A DNA stretch of 64,000 bases, from contig MCFH01000020.1 of NCBI GenBank assembly GCA_002104945.1, positions 124,001-188,000 on the forward strand. The letters run 5' to 3'. Shown here one piece after another: positions 45,436 through 55,315 of the stretch. The notes under the pieces are model-generated. The model did not search any database. It had not been told where the DNA came from and worked only from the letters and a program-made list of their open reading frames with translations. The stretch comes from Piromyces finnis finn. Lineage: Eukaryota > Fungi > Neocallimastigomycota. Position numbers and translations under genes: made by a program. The number at the start of each line of letters is the position of its first letter. Position 1 is the first letter of the stretch.

Positions 45436-47043
45436 TTAATAATAATATCCACTATACAATCTTGATGATCTCATTTGAGTTTGACCATTTTTTATCTTAC
45501 GATCATATATATATTTACCAAGGTAAATAATAATTATAATCAAAACAACAGCGATTAAGCAATATAACAATATCCAACCACCGGAATCCTCTTCTTTCTT
45601 TGAATCACAAACACAATTAGTTGAATTAGTTAAACTATTAATGTCTGTAATATCTTTATATGTAGAGTATCCATTATTTTCAATAGTTTCTTTAATTTCT
45701 ATTTCTGTACATAGCTTAGCTTCTGACTTACATATTGTACCTTCCTTATAGCAAAGACTAGTGCCTTGATAGGTACAATTTGAGATTGTTTCAAGTAATG
45801 GTACATATCCTTTTATATTTGGATTTCCTCCTATTCCACTTTTAAATAAAATAATATATATATATGAATATGAATATTTATATAATTTATTTTTAATTAA
45901 AATTATTAATATCATATATTAAATAATTTACAATGTAGTTAATTTCTTAAATCCACTATATGATTCTGGAATATATCCTTGAAGATTATTATTACTTAGA
46001 TTTCTTTTATAATATTTTATATAAAATAAAAAAAAATTAATGACATATCAATAAAAATATAATCATTATTTGTTATATTGTATAGAAAACAATAATTACA
46101 AAAATTGCAATTGCTTAAGTTTACTTAAAGATTCTGGTATTGGACCATCAAAATTATTTTCTGATAAATCTCTATATTATTTTCATTTTTAATATATATC
46201 ATTAACAATTAACAATAATGTAGAATGTTAATATTAAAGTTTTTTTTTTTTAAACTTTTTTTTAAATATACTTACAAATGAAAAATTCCATCGATTTCTC
46301 CAATGTTATCAGGTATTTTTCCTGTAATACTATTGTGCTTTACACTACTGTTAAATATATATATATATTAATTTTTAATTTTAAAAAGCTTTAATAACCA
46401 CAATTTATTAAAATATATAAAAAAATTTATATTTAATAGTTACAATTTTGTAAGATAAATTAATTTATTAAGATTTTGAGGTAATGAAGTAAAATTATTT
46501 TCTTCTAAAGAGCTATAAATTTAAAATTTTAAATTTTAATATAATTGTTTTGTATATACTCTAATTAAATATATAAGCACATACATATTATTTAAGTACT
46601 TTAATTGAGTAATTCCATCTGTCATATCACCATAAAAAGTGAAATTTTTTAATTTTCTAATTTAATAATATTAATATGTTGATATGTTAACCTTTAATAA
46701 ATTCTATATTATTTATTTGAAAAATGAATTAAAAAAATTCTTACAATTCCACAATACGTTTTTTATCAAGATAAGAGTTACACACTATGTTATAATCATC
46801 ACAGCATGAGCCGTCTATTGTAGGATTCCAATATATTCTTTTTGAATTATTCCAAACATTAAATAATTCTGCTAATTTATAACAGTCATAATCTTGAACT
46901 TGAGTTTGTATTTGAGGTTCAGCTTGACTCTGACTTTGACCTTGGGTTTGTGAGTTTTTAATTGATTTTTTTGAGGACACAATTAAATTTGACGAAAAGA
47001 AAAAAGAAATAACTAAAATATTACAAAGGTATAGAAATTTCAT
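45436..47043 (-). CDS. Single-pass LRR receptor-like protein (signal peptide, Cys N-cap, 5 plant-type LRRs, Cys-rich stalk, TM, short Tyr-rich tail)
   Basis: Exons 47043-46745, 46656-46585, 46512-46444, 46347-46276, 46171-46100, 46003-45932 and 45838-45436. LRRs include DLSENNFDGPIPESLSKLKQL and NLSNNNLQGYIPESYSGFKKL. TM is WILLYCLIAVVLIIIIIYLG. Confidence 0.88.
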
Positions 47044-49323
47044 TTTACTAAATATAAAAACTTTATATTTATATGTATTGTGTGTGTTTTTGAATATAAC
47101 AACTGATAATATATTTGCAATAATTTTTTAAAAAAGTATTTGAAATTTTATTATTCAATTTTTTGTTATTGAAATTTACTTATAATATATATCTAGTTTT
47201 ATTAATAACTAATGAAGAATAATTTACTACTTCTGTTAATTTTATTTTATAAAATGAAAAAAAAAAAGTATAGTTTGAATAAAAAAAAAAAAAGTAATGT
47301 ATATCTGATGGTATATATGTTTTTTTTTTTTTTTTTTAATTAAATTTTTGATACCGTTCTTAAATAATAATTGTATTTTATATTTTGAATTTTAATTATT
47401 AAAGTTTGATTAATACGCCTTTTATGTGTATAGATTTAATGATAATATTAATTCATACTAAATAATACATAATATCGTTATTTTAATTGAAGCCATAATA
47501 ATTATTTGATAATACATAATTAAAGATTTTGACAGTTTCAATCACAAATAATTTTTGTTTACCGCAATTTTTAATTTATTTAAAACACATATTAATAAGT
47601 TTATATCATCATAAAATATACGAAATCTATTAAATTGTGTAACAATTGATATGATATTAAAATTAAAATAACAATTTTATAAAATTTTAAAACTTTTAAT
47701 TATAAATATTGTTACAAATAATTATTATAATATACATCATTAATATAATATATTTAATATAAAAATGGAATTTGTTTCAAAATTATGTTCAATTCATATA
47801 AAAAAATTATTATTTTATACTTTATTGCGGTTTTTTTTTTTTTTTTTTTTTTATAAATATATAATTTAATATGTTCAATATACTTTTTAAGGAAAAAAGA
47901 AAAACATATGTGAAGTAAATTTGATTCGTTGTAATATATAAAGTATACAATTATTTTCATTTTATTTTAAATCTATATATTATCAGTAATATTTCATTTA
48001 TATAAATATAAATATAATTACTTTAAAAAAAAAAATATCAATAAAATACACAAAATACATAAATAATCAGTAATGAAAATAAAAGAAGTATATACTCTAA
48101 ATAAACCAAATGTTACAATTAGTATTCTATACCATGAAGTTCTTGAAAATATTAATTATTTCTGTTAAATAATTTTAAATATTGAGAAATTATCACTTAA
48201 ATTCTATATATATTTATTTGGTTTTAAAGATTTTTTAATTTTTATATTTTTATATTTTATTATTTTATATAATTTTTATAAAAAATAAAATCTTTTTATT
48301 TTATAATATTTGTACTGTCTTTAATATATTTAATATATTTAGTTAATTCTCTATTTTAAATGCCTATATTATATAATATAAATGAATGTTAATTTATAAT
48401 GAATATATATTGCAACTATTAATTCTCTTATATAAATAAATGTTTATAATATGAAAGAAATAGTAAACAAATTAAAAACTTTATTAAAATGTTAAATGAA
48501 ATATAAATATTTGTATAATATTATTTATTTTAAATAATGATAGTCATCTTGAAATTTATTCTTATGATACTGATATATAATGGAATATATAATGATTGTA
48601 TATATATAAGAAGTTCAAAAAATGCTTATTATACATATAATAAAATTATAATAATCTACAAGTTTTTTGTGATTATGTTGGATAGTTTAATATAAAATTT
48701 TTATTAAACTCTTTAAAAAGAAAAAAAAAAAGTTTTGGTATAATTATATACATGTACTTTAAAATGATTAAATATAAATTTTACATTTTATTTACTTCAT
48801 AATTATAATTTCAATATCATACAAAAACGTGTCAGAGTTTGTTGAAGTGTCTAACATTTTTAATTAATATGATTAATTTGTGATGTATAAACTTTTTTTA
48901 AAAAAAAAAATTATTATAAATCTTTACTTAAAATAAGAAAATTATATTTCTAATATGAAACTCTAATATTAATAAAAAGTCATATAAAAAACATTATATA
49001 GAGAAAATAAATTATTAATGTTGATGTTTCTTAAAAACAAATTATTTAATATTTGATAATTCAAAAAAATGACTAAAACAATGAATACAAAATGCATATA
49101 AAGTTAGTGTATAATATTATAGTAAATAAAAAACTAAAAAATAAATATTTAATATTATTTATGTTAAGTTTTTGAATTATTTTCCTGTTTTATCTATTAT
49201 AAACTTAATTTCATATGTAATAGCAATATGAAAATTAGTATAAATAGATAAAAAAAAAAAAAGGAAGGTCGATAGTAATTATATATATGAATAATTAATA
49301 AATAAAATAAAGTAATTGAAAAT

Positions 49324-49558
49324 TGTCAGATAAATTTAGTTTACACTTAAATTTATTTATAAAACTATTTGGGTTTTTATAATCTTTTATTTATTTATAT
49401 TTATTTTATAATATAAATATTGTAACTTTCTTAAAATCTTTTTATTAAAAAATAACCAAAGAATAAAAATGTAGTACAATATTAATTTATAATTTTATAA
49501 AATACAAATACATAAAAAATACATAAAATATTATTTTGGAATGTATTTTATTTTCACA
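49324..49558 (-). repeat. 3' LTR (235 bp)
   Basis: Minus strand TGTGAAAA...TCTGACA. Identical by eye to 55081-55315. Confidence 0.96.
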
Positions 49559-49565
49559 CTCCCCC
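49559..49565 (-). promoter_or_regulatory. Polypurine tract GGGGGAG abutting the 3' LTR
   Basis: Plus strand ctccccc lies directly next to the LTR boundary, about 15 nt after the pol stop codon. Confidence 0.85.
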
Positions 49566-49580
49566 AAAGTTATAAATTCA

Positions 49581-52500
49581 TTATTTGTATTTATATAATA
49601 AACTATCTCTAAATATTTTCATTTTATTTTTATTCAAGTATTTAGTAAAACCATCTGCTAAATTTTCTTCTGATTTTATATATTCTAGACTGATTTTATT
49701 TTCTTTAATTAATTCTCTTACTTTATGGTACTTAATATCAATATGTTTTGACTTTGGATTAATCGTTTCATTATTTGCGTTGTAAATAGTTGCTTGATTA
49801 TCAATATTGATTTTTAAGCATTCTTCCTTTATTTTTAATTCACTAAAAATATTTCTATACCACAGAGCTTGCTTTGAGCATTCACAAAGTCCATAATATT
49901 CTGCTTCGGCGGTTGAAGTTGATACACATTTTTGCAGTTTTGAGTACCAGCTTGTTGGTCCATTTCCCAATAAAAATACAAATCCAGTGGTAGATTTTCT
50001 TGTTTCTTCATCTCCCCCATAGTCTGAATCTACAAAAATCTTCAAATTTAAGTTTCTTTCAAAACGGATTTCATAATGAGGATTTTCTTTCAGATATTTG
50101 AATATTTGTAATACATTCTTCCAATTTTGGATAGTAGGATTTTGTGAGAACCTAGATGCTTTGGTTACTGAAAATAAGATATCTGGACGAGTACCTATGG
50201 CTAAATATAAAAGACTTCCTATTGCAGCTCTATAAGTAGTAGGGTCAAAAGGCTGATTGAGTTGTTCATCATTCTTGATTGGTGTAGTTGTCTTTGATCC
50301 TCTGCAGTTTTCTAAACCAAATTTGTGTAATATATCCTTTAAATACCTTTCTTGATGTAACAAATACCCATCTTTTAACGTTTCTACTTTGATTCCTATG
50401 ATGAAATTTGCATCACCAACATCCGTGATAACATATTTCTCTTTAATTAATTTAATAGTTTTATCTATTTCTTCCTTTTTACCAGTTATTAGGATGTCAT
50501 CAACATATATTCCAACTAAACATACTAATTTATTGTTTTTGGTCTTTATAAATATGCATGGTTCGCTAACTAATTTCTGAAATCCTAGTTCAATGAGAGT
50601 ATTGCTGATGTTGTTATTCCATTCTCTTGCTGCTTGTTTTAAGCCATATAATGCTTTATTTAATTTCCATAATCCTTTTTTATACATTTTATCTCCTTCA
50701 GGTGCTTTCATATATATATCTTCCTTTAAATCTGCATACAAATATGCGGCCTTAACATCTAATTGATGGATTTTATAGTTATTAATTGCAGCTATTCCTA
50801 TTAGGATTCTTAATGAGTCTTGTTTTAGAGTAGGAGAAAAGGTCTCATTGTAGTCTTCTCCATATTCTTGTGTAAAACCTCTGGCTACAAGTCTAGCTTT
50901 GTATTTTTCTATCTCACCAGTGCTATTCCTTTTTATCTTAAATACCCATCTTGAATCAATAATATTGGCGTCTTCTGGAACTTCATCTATTCTTTTGAAC
51001 ACTTTTCTTTCTTTCATATTTAGCAATTCGGCTTCTATTGCTTTTATCCACTTATCCTTATCTTTTCTTTTAAATATATCATTATAGGAATTTGGCTCCT
51101 TGATTTGTGCTATAGTTAGCGCCACTTCCTTAATTTTCTTCTTTTCTGGTTCATGTTCATGTGGCTTACTAAATTTTTCTTCTATGACATCTTCACTTGG
51201 AACAAGTTTCCGCTTTCTTGGGAATTTTTCTTCCTTTGGTGGATGATTTTCATTTAATTTAAAATTTTTATTGGATTTTAATTTTCTATTTAGATTTCTC
51301 TTATTCAAAAAATTTTGTTTTGATAATAACTTTTTCTTATCAAAAAATTTTTTCTTAGATTTATCTTTATTGATTGGATCTTTAATTTCATTTTTATTTT
51401 TTAAATTTCTCAAATTATATTCCTTTTTATTTTGATTATTTAAATTACTTTCTTTTTCATCAGAAATATTTTTAAATTTGGACTTTTCTTCAGGAATATT
51501 GATATTTTCTTTATTCAAATTTCTTCTTATTTCATTCTCATTAATAGGTATGTAATTTTTCTTATAATATTCTTCATTCTTATAATTTACTTTTACATTT
51601 GAATAATTATTTTCTATTTCTTTTCTATTATTTTTATTTATATTATTTTTGACACTCTCAATATTTTCAAAATCAATTTTCTTTCTTGTTCCTAAATCAA
51701 TGTCAGGACTCAGGATATTTAAAAAATCATTATTGTCAATTTCTCCAGTTAAATCATTTATCTCCATTTCTGATGGTGTTTTTAATACTTCTTCAATTAA
51801 TTCATTTTTATTTACAATGTCTGAATTTTCTTCTATAAAATAAACATTTCCTTTTGCATTCAGGTATTTATTATTCCTTTTATTATCCTTTGATATATTT
51901 GAATTGTCTTTACTGTTTATATTTTTATTTTTCTTGTCGTCATTTCTCTTTATATTCACTTCTTTAATTTCACAAATTTCAGTTTCGTCAGCACTATTAT
52001 ATTTTAAATTATTATATTTTAAATTATTTTCTTCCAAGGTAAAGTTATTTATATTGCCGTCGTTACTTCCTGAAATGTCATTATTGTTTTCTTTTTCTTT
52101 ATTGGTTTCACTTACAGATTCCATTGAAGTACTTATTTTAATTTCTTTATTTTCTTCCATTTCTTCAATTTTCTGGTAATTATTTTTGTTCAAACGTTCT
52201 TTTTTCTTTTCTTTTAGTTTAATATAGTCTAAGAGATTTAAGTCTTCTTCTTCTGAGTCTTCTATACTCATATTACTATCATTAGTGTCCTCGCAGACTT
52301 GCATAAAACTTTCAGAACTATTATTTTTTTCTTTATTTAATAGTGACGTGAGCTTATCCAGCTTTTCTTCTATATTTCTAAATTTTTCTTCATAATTTAC
52401 TTCTTTTAAGTCTTCTTTATTACTAGTTTTATCATTGAGTGTTTCTAGGTTTTCATTCATTAATTTATCATTTTCATTTGAAATGTCCTTTTCTTTTTTG

Positions 52501-55034
52501 TCTTTATTGTTATTGTTTTCATTTTCTTTATCATACATATAATTAAAGTTCCTTACTTGAAAAGTTTCTGTATCTTGACTATATGTTTCATTATTATTTT
52601 CTTTTTCTAAATTATAATTGTAGTCACCAGGTTCTTCTTCTAAAAAACCTACGACTCTTTTCACTTTAATTTTCCTTGATTTTATGTCGAATATTCTGTA
52701 TCCTACTGAAGATTCATCATATCCGATAAAGATTCCCTCCTTAGTTTTGTCTTGAAATTTTGGAATGTTACTGTCATCTAAATAATACACTTTACATCCA
52801 AATACTCTTAAATTTTTATAATCAACTTTTCTGTTGTACATTAATTCAAATGGTATTTCACCATTAATTCCACTGTGCGGAACTCGATTATGAACATAGT
52901 TCGCTGTTTTCACAGCATCTTCCCAAAAGCGACGACATAACCTTGCGTCCATTAACATTGCAGTAGCAGTTTTTATTAACTTTCCATTGAATCTTTCTGC
53001 TCTTCCATTCTGCTCCGGATTTCCAGGGACGGTGAATTGTTGAGTTATTCCATATTCGTTACATAACTCCTTGAAGTTATTAGAAGTGAATTCAGTTCCA
53101 TTATCGCTTCTAAGATATTTTACTTTGGATGATAATTCATTAGTAGTTTTATTCAGCCAATTTCCAAATTCTTTGAAAACATCACTTTTATTCTTGACAA
53201 ATATTACCCATCCATATCGACTGTAATCATCTAAGATACTTAAAAAGTATACGTTGTCATGAATTGATGGTGTGATTGGACCTACCAAATCGATGTGTAC
53301 TAGTTCCAAAACACTTGATGCTCTACTATCTGACCTTTTATGAGGGATTTCTTTCATTTTGCTTCTCATGCATATTGTACAATTGTGAATATTGTTCTTT
53401 TCATCATTATTGTTGAAATTCAGATGCCCTATTCTTCTATGCCAGTATTCACCATTGTTTCGTACATTATCGCACATTGAGTAATTATTAACTACATTAC
53501 CTTCTTTGATGTACAAATTGAATACATCATATTCATTTGCTTTAACTTCGTATACATTATCTGTTTTCTTATCTTTTATATATGCAAATACATTATTGTT
53601 CTTCTCATCAAAGATTATTTGGTAGCCACTTTTAACTAACTTGGCAACAGAAATTAAATTTCGTTTTACATCTGGGATGTACATTACATCTTCTAATTTT
53701 ATTGGTTCTTCATTAATAGATCCATTTACTTCACCCATATGTGTTGACTTTGTAGTCGCTCCATTTGCATAATTGATTGGTTCTACATGTTCAAAAACAT
53801 TTTTGAGAATTCCTATATCTTTGGTAATATGATTAGAAGCACCAGAATCTAAAGTCCATGTAGTAAAACTTGTAGGTACATTTTCACAAGATACGTAATT
53901 GCATGATTTATTATTACATTCATCATTGTTATTGTCAAATAATGTATTGTAATCAACTGTAAACAAATCTTGATATCCAACTTCTGGTTCAAAGTCTTCA
54001 GTGGTTTGTTTATTTACTATTTCACCTGTTGCTAAAAATGCTTCCTTGCCTTTATTTTTCTCTTTTCTTAGCCTTCTTGTAACTTCTTCTGAAAGTTCTT
54101 TTTGAATACGACATTGTTTTACAGTATGTCCTTTTTGATGACAAAAATAACATGTAATGTTTTGTTTATTTTTGTTATTCCAATTTCTTTCTTCATTGGA
54201 CTTTTCTTTTCCTTTATTTGTATTTTTATTATGATTATTACTTTGTTTGTTGCGGTAGTATTTAGTACTTTCCTTTCTTTTATCACCTTTGTAACTACCT
54301 TCAACACTAAAGATATGTCTAATTCCGAAGGTTTCAGATTTCTCTTTCGGATCAAATTTGTTCATCTTATCTATCATTCTTGCTGTGTCCTTTTTGCATT
54401 CTTCCCAGTCTTCATGCTTAAGGACTGTGACTTTCCTATATTTTTCTGGTAAGGCTTGATACAGTAAACCAATTTTTTCTTCATCATCTATTTTCACATT
54501 TAGTTGTTCTAACTTATTAAAGTTGGAATTTAACTTATTTACAAATCTTGAGAAACTTTCTTTCGGGTCGTATTTTAAGGAGTTTGTTTCCTTAATAAGC
54601 CTATTCTTTCTTTCTATTTTATCCCCTAAATAAATGTCTTCTAATAGTTTCCACATTTCGTAGCTTGTTAAAGACCTATCTTGGATATCTTGTTGGCAGT
54701 TTGGGCCTAAAGTATACCTAATTAAAAATTGGATATTCCTATCTGTTTTTAAGTCATCTTCGGTTACGTTCTTATCATAGTAGGTATTGATTTCAAAAGG
54801 TGCCTTTAGATATTCTTCTCCGTCGATATCCATTCCTTCGTCACTTTTGATCTTTGGGGTTTTGTTTTCATCAACCCAATCTTCAAGACCATAATAATTT
54901 AAAATATTCCTCATAAACATTTGCCACGTTATGAAATTTTTATTGTTCAATTCATAAGTGACCTTTCCTAGCATAACGGTAGGATCGAATATAGGAATTG
55001 ATCCAGTATCTCCGTTAGATTTTCTTTTTGACAT
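49581..55034 (-). CDS. Copia Gag-Pol polyprotein, 1817 aa, uninterrupted
   Basis: Zn knuckle CYFCHQKGHTVKQC; protease WTLDSGASNH; pre-integrase WHRRIGHL...CTIC; integrase HIDLVGP, LRSDNGTEF and QNGRAER; RT YKARLVARGF and YVDDI; RNase H FVDSDYGG, EAEY, IDNQA and NLADGFTK. Confidence 0.98.
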   Translation of the reverse strand: MSKRKSNGDTGSIPIFDPTVMLGKVTYELNNKNFITWQMFMRNILNYYGLEDWVDENKTPKIKSDEGMDIDGEEYLKAPFEINTYYDKNVTEDDLKTDRNIQFLIRYTLGPNCQQDIQDRSLTSYEMWKLLEDIYLGDKIERKNRLIKETNSLKYDPKESFSRFVNKLNSNFNKLEQLNVKIDDEEKIGLLYQALPEKYRKVTVLKHEDWEECKKDTARMIDKMNKFDPKEKSETFGIRHIFSVEGSYKGDKRKESTKYYRNKQSNNHNKNTNKGKEKSNEERNWNNKNKQNITCYFCHQKGHTVKQCRIQKELSEEVTRRLRKEKNKGKEAFLATGEIVNKQTTEDFEPEVGYQDLFTVDYNTLFDNNNDECNNKSCNYVSCENVPTSFTTWTLDSGASNHITKDIGILKNVFEHVEPINYANGATTKSTHMGEVNGSINEEPIKLEDVMYIPDVKRNLISVAKLVKSGYQIIFDEKNNNVFAYIKDKKTDNVYEVKANEYDVFNLYIKEGNVVNNYSMCDNVRNNGEYWHRRIGHLNFNNNDEKNNIHNCTICMRSKMKEIPHKRSDSRASSVLELVHIDLVGPITPSIHDNVYFLSILDDYSRYGWVIFVKNKSDVFKEFGNWLNKTTNELSSKVKYLRSDNGTEFTSNNFKELCNEYGITQQFTVPGNPEQNGRAERFNGKLIKTATAMLMDARLCRRFWEDAVKTANYVHNRVPHSGINGEIPFELMYNRKVDYKNLRVFGCKVYYLDDSNIPKFQDKTKEGIFIGYDESSVGYRIFDIKSRKIKVKRVVGFLEEEPGDYNYNLEKENNNETYSQDTETFQVRNFNYMYDKENENNNNKDKKEKDISNENDKLMNENLETLNDKTSNKEDLKEVNYEEKFRNIEEKLDKLTSLLNKEKNNSSESFMQVCEDTNDSNMSIEDSEEEDLNLLDYIKLKEKKKERLNKNNYQKIEEMEENKEIKISTSMESVSETNKEKENNNDISGSNDGNINNFTLEENNLKYNNLKYNSADETEICEIKEVNIKRNDDKKNKNINSKDNSNISKDNKRNNKYLNAKGNVYFIEENSDIVNKNELIEEVLKTPSEMEINDLTGEIDNNDFLNILSPDIDLGTRKKIDFENIESVKNNINKNNRKEIENNYSNVKVNYKNEEYYKKNYIPINENEIRRNLNKENINIPEEKSKFKNISDEKESNLNNQNKKEYNLRNLKNKNEIKDPINKDKSKKKFFDKKKLLSKQNFLNKRNLNRKLKSNKNFKLNENHPPKEEKFPRKRKLVPSEDVIEEKFSKPHEHEPEKKKIKEVALTIAQIKEPNSYNDIFKRKDKDKWIKAIEAELLNMKERKVFKRIDEVPEDANIIDSRWVFKIKRNSTGEIEKYKARLVARGFTQEYGEDYNETFSPTLKQDSLRILIGIAAINNYKIHQLDVKAAYLYADLKEDIYMKAPEGDKMYKKGLWKLNKALYGLKQAAREWNNNISNTLIELGFQKLVSEPCIFIKTKNNKLVCLVGIYVDDILITGKKEEIDKTIKLIKEKYVITDVGDANFIIGIKVETLKDGYLLHQERYLKDILHKFGLENCRGSKTTTPIKNDEQLNQPFDPTTYRAAIGSLLYLAIGTRPDILFSVTKASRFSQNPTIQNWKNVLQIFKYLKENPHYEIRFERNLNLKIFVDSDYGGDEETRKSTTGFVFLLGNGPTSWYSKLQKCVSTSTAEAEYYGLCECSKQALWYRNIFSELKIKEECLKINIDNQATIYNANNETINPKSKHIDIKYHKVRELIKENKISLEYIKSEENLADGFTKYLNKNKMKIFRDSLLYKYK

Positions 55035-55066
55035 ATTAAAAAAACTTACTTAAATATAAGAGCAAT

Positions 55067-55080
55067 TGAGACTCTTAATC
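55067..55080 (-). promoter_or_regulatory. Primer-binding site complementary to the anticodon arm of tRNA-Lys(CUU)
   Basis: Minus strand GATTAAGAGTCTCA directly follows the 5' LTR. Its complement TGAGA-CT-CTT-AA-TC has anticodon stem-loop geometry with a CTT anticodon. Confidence 0.75.
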
Positions 55081-55315
55081 TGTCAGATAAATTTAGTTTA
55101 CACTTAAATTTATTTATAAAACTATTTGGGTTTTTATAATCTTTTATTTATTTATATTTATTTTATAATATAAATATTGTAACTTTCTTAAAATCTTTTT
55201 ATTAAAAAATAACCAAAGAATAAAAATGTAGTACAATATTAATTTATAATTTTATAAAATACAAATACATAAAAAATACATAAAATATTATTTTGGAATG
55301 TATTTTATTTTCACA
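55081..55315 (-). repeat. 5' LTR (235 bp)
   Basis: Identical by eye to 49324-49558. Confidence 0.96.

Larger units (their letters stand above)
49324..55315 (-). mobile_element. Complete Ty1/copia LTR retrotransposon
   Basis: Two 235-bp LTRs (TG...CA), 5-bp target-site duplication AAAAT (49319-49323 and 55316-55320), PBS, PPT and a single gag-pol ORF in PR-IN-RT-RH order. Confidence 0.98.

Noticed and set aside
49585-54452. Plus-strand and alternative-frame ORFs within the retrotransposon (e.g. 51904-52179, 54102-54452, 54119-54355)
   Set aside because: Shadows of the gag-pol frame with no independent coding signal.
55060-55085. Apparent tRNA-Lys gene
   Set aside because: Only the anticodon arm is present, with no acceptor or T arm. 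It is the retrotransposon PBS.
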